A stretch of 64,000 bases of DNA from Nitrospira sp. GTDB lineage: Bacteria > Nitrospirota > Nitrospiria > Nitrospirales > Nitrospiraceae. This document shows positions 61,605-64,000 of the stretch, piece after piece (within the stretch, counting starts at the first letter, position 1; each line of letters begins with the position of its first letter). The notes beneath the pieces were generated by a model, which did no database searches, was not told the DNA's origin, and saw only the letters and a program-made list of their open reading frames with translations. Made by a program: the position numbers and the translations under genes. The stretch is taken from contig AP038806.1 in assembly GCA_047150005.1 (NCBI GenBank), forward strand, positions 3,872,001-3,936,000, written 5' to 3'.

Positions 61605-61695
61605 GGCGAAGACGAATGCAACCGCAACTCTTTAGCATGTACCATAGGGGTAAAAATGGCGTCAAGCGATCACCAACCCGTAAGAAGGAGCGGAC

Positions 61696-62049
61696 ATGCC
61701 CGATATCATCATCATCTATGAGAAACCGACCTGCTCGACCTGCCGCCAAGCCGTTCAACTGGCCAAAGACAGCGGGAAACCGTTCAAGACCGTCAATTAC
61801 TATATGACGCCGTTTACGAAGGCCAAGTTGACGGCGTTGCTGAAGAAAGGCGGATTATCTCCTCGCGAGGTGCTGCGGACGAAGGAGGATGTGTACAAAG
61901 AGCTCGGTCTGGCTAAAAAAAACCTGCCCGACGACGAACTCATCGACGTGATGATCAAGCACCCCGACTTGATTCAACGCCCGATTGTGGAAGCCGGCGA
62001 TACGGTTCTCTTGGCCAGGCCCGCCGACCGAATCGAGCAGCTGCTGTAG
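61696..62049 (+). CDS. ArsC/Spx/YffB family protein
   Basis: YEKPTCSTCR and HPDLIQRPIV; AAGGAG RBS. Confidence 0.9.
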   Translation: MPDIIIIYEKPTCSTCRQAVQLAKDSGKPFKTVNYYMTPFTKAKLTALLKKGGLSPREVLRTKEDVYKELGLAKKNLPDDELIDVMIKHPDLIQRPIVEAGDTVLLARPADRIEQLL

Positions 62050-62228
62050 GCATCGCCGGATTTTCTCGGGCACCTTCGTGCATCGTCGCTCTTGGATTCT
62101 CGGGGTAGAGGAACCATGCCGGGCACCGGCCGATTTCCCGAGCCCCGGCGGCAGCGCTCCTGCACGATCCGAGCATAGGATTCCAGGTCGATCAGGCAAC
62201 CGGCTTCATGCGCAGCACCCCTGCCGCA

Positions 62229-63440
62229 TCACGCCGCACCGTCCGGCTTAAACAGCAACGTCCCCGACCGGCTCACCCGCACCGCCACTTCGCCGTTCAA
62301 CACTTGCAGGATCAGAGTGCCCGCCACTTCGCGACGCCACCCGCGCAATAGCGGGAGAGCAATCTCGGTGTTTTTCTCTTTGGCCTCGACCAACGCTTGA
62401 ATATCGGCACTGGTCGCGAGCAGGGTCGGAGCAATTTCGGCTTCCGCCGCCCGAGCCTTCAGGACAGCCTGAAGGAGCTCGACGATCCCGACGGACTCGG
62501 GCTCTGAGCGCTTTTCCGCCGGCACCTGTGGCCACGCCGCGGGAGGGAGCGCCAGCGCGCGCTCAACCGTTTTCAGAATGTGCTCGCCGTTGCGTTCAAC
62601 CTCGGAACTGTGCACGCCTCTGAGGGTTTTGAGCTCATTCAGCGTCCTCGGCGGGTGCCGGGCCAGTTGCAACAGCACTTCATCCCTCAGGACTCGTCCT
62701 CGCGGCACATTGCGGCGTTTCGCTTCGCTTTCTCGCCAGGCAGCCAGATCACGAAGTACGGCGGCGTACTTGGGCTTGAGGCCCTCCCACCCTCGAATTC
62801 GCTGGTAACGTTCGAGCGGATCCCGGCTCTTTTCGCCCACCACGGATTCAAGTCGGGCGAACTCTTCATGGACCCACTCCAATCGGCCCAACGTCGAAAG
62901 CTTTCTGACCAGATGCGCGTGAATCGGCAGCAGAAACTGGACGTCCTCGGCCGCGTAGGCGATCTGATCGTGCGAAAGCGGGCGCGCGCTCCAATTGGTG
63001 AACGTGTGGGCCTTGGCCAGCTTGGTGCCGATGATACGTTGCACGAGATTGGCGTATGCAGCTTGAGCGCCGAACCCCAACATCGCGGCGGCGATTTGCG
63101 TGTCGAAAAACGGTTTCGGAATCTGCCCGGCATGGAGTGCGAACAGATCCAGATCCTGCCGGCCGGCATGCACGATCTTGTTCACACGCGGATTGCAGAT
63201 CAGTTCCCAGAAGGCATCGAGCGGACCCTCGGCCTGTACGGCAGGAAAGTCGATGACGGCGGAAACCGTCTGCGACGCGACTTGAATCAGTTCCAATTTG
63301 GGGACGAAACTGTCCTCCCCCACGAACTCCGTGTCGAGTGCGAGGTCTGCACTCGCCTGCAGCTGATGGCAGAGCCGTTCGAGCGCCACACGGGTGGCGA
63401 TGTAGCCGGGTTCGTTCGGTGTGGTCACACTCTGGTTCAT
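62229..63440 (-). CDS. rnd: Ribonuclease D
   Basis: LDTEF, HAGRQD, FDTQIAA, WSARPL...YAAEDV and an HRDC domain. Confidence 0.95.
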   Translation of the reverse strand: MNQSVTTPNEPGYIATRVALERLCHQLQASADLALDTEFVGEDSFVPKLELIQVASQTVSAVIDFPAVQAEGPLDAFWELICNPRVNKIVHAGRQDLDLFALHAGQIPKPFFDTQIAAAMLGFGAQAAYANLVQRIIGTKLAKAHTFTNWSARPLSHDQIAYAAEDVQFLLPIHAHLVRKLSTLGRLEWVHEEFARLESVVGEKSRDPLERYQRIRGWEGLKPKYAAVLRDLAAWRESEAKRRNVPRGRVLRDEVLLQLARHPPRTLNELKTLRGVHSSEVERNGEHILKTVERALALPPAAWPQVPAEKRSEPESVGIVELLQAVLKARAAEAEIAPTLLATSADIQALVEAKEKNTEIALPLLRGWRREVAGTLILQVLNGEVAVRVSRSGTLLFKPDGAA

Positions 63441-64000
63441 TCCGCAGGACTGTACGGCCGATCCGGAGGCTTCATCGGCTCGGTATTGGAGAGGCTGAGG
63501 TATTCCTTGAGAAATTGGTAGGCTTCCAACATGCGGCGCAGTTCCGGCTCGGAGCTGCGATCGCCCTGGTTCGCGTCGGGATGGAGCTGCTTGGCCTTGT
63601 GGCGAAATGCCGCCGTCACATCGGCCAGCGAGCTTCCAAACTCCACTCCCATGATGGCATAGGCATCCACGGCGTTGTTCACTCCGGACCCCTGCGAGAA
63701 GTCCCCGCCGCCGCCGCTCGCGGCCTTCAGCATATCCGCCAAGTTGAGCTTCCGCCGCCGCCGCCGCGGACGTTCCCGGATTTCACTGTCCAAATCGTCC
63801 CAGCGGTCTTCCACGAATTCCAGGCGCGACTCCAGACGCATGGCCCCCGACAGATCGGAAATCCACTCCAATTCCTCCTCGATCTGGAGCAGCGACTTGA
63901 CGATCTCGTCCAGCCCTTGTTCAACTCGAAAGTAGCTGTCGACCCGTTCCTGCATCATCGTATCCACGGCGCAATCCATGCTTTCCTCGGTTTTCGACCT
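63437..64000 (-). CDS. C-terminal J-domain protein (frame open to the window edge; probably 5' partial, first in-window ATG 63979)
   Basis: AYAIMGV...AFRHKAKQLHPDAN...EAYQFL; N-terminal coiled coil. Confidence 0.85.
   Translation of the reverse strand, partial: RSKTEESMDCAVDTMMQERVDSYFRVEQGLDEIVKSLLQIEEELEWISDLSGAMRLESRLEFVEDRWDDLDSEIRERPRRRRRKLNLADMLKAASGGGGDFSQGSGVNNAVDAYAIMGVEFGSSLADVTAAFRHKAKQLHPDANQGDRSSEPELRRMLEAYQFLKEYLSLSNTEPMKPPDRPYSPAE

Overview
A GC-rich chromosomal core region with about 64 CDS. It most likely comes from a Nitrospira-like bacterium; this is inferred from gene content, gene order and a characteristic intergenic repeat, not from an rRNA. I found no tRNA, rRNA, CRISPR array, transposase or prophage. 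Housekeeping blocks include purH-purD-tsaC, rsmD-coaD-aspC, radC with an EF-G paralogue, degQ, lipA/mrp/Rieske ferredoxin/desaturase, putA, bioD, clpC-tsaD-hflX-nth-yicC-gmk-rpoZ-coaBC-TPR-aroQ-efp-accB-accC-thiE, nadK, fumC, hsp20, citrate synthase and rnd. The best candidate for an under-described system lies at 18.1-30 kb. It encodes a hydrogenase-4-like (Ehr-type) membrane complex whose large subunit has lost all Ni-binding cysteines, preceded by a small TPR protein and an exported protein carrying a type-1-copper-like ligand set. These genes follow a sigma-54 promoter with two palindromic enhancer boxes, beside a PAS kinase/NtrC-family pair, and a (CTCCCCCG)x8 tandem repeat lies upstream of the kinase. 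Other notable signals are an orphan near-consensus sigma-70 promoter firing antisense into a sigma-54-type small Zn-ribbon gene, a probable ATT start codon for hflX, an EF-G paralogue with degenerate GTPase motifs, and a 124-bp MITE-like element at the accC stop codon.
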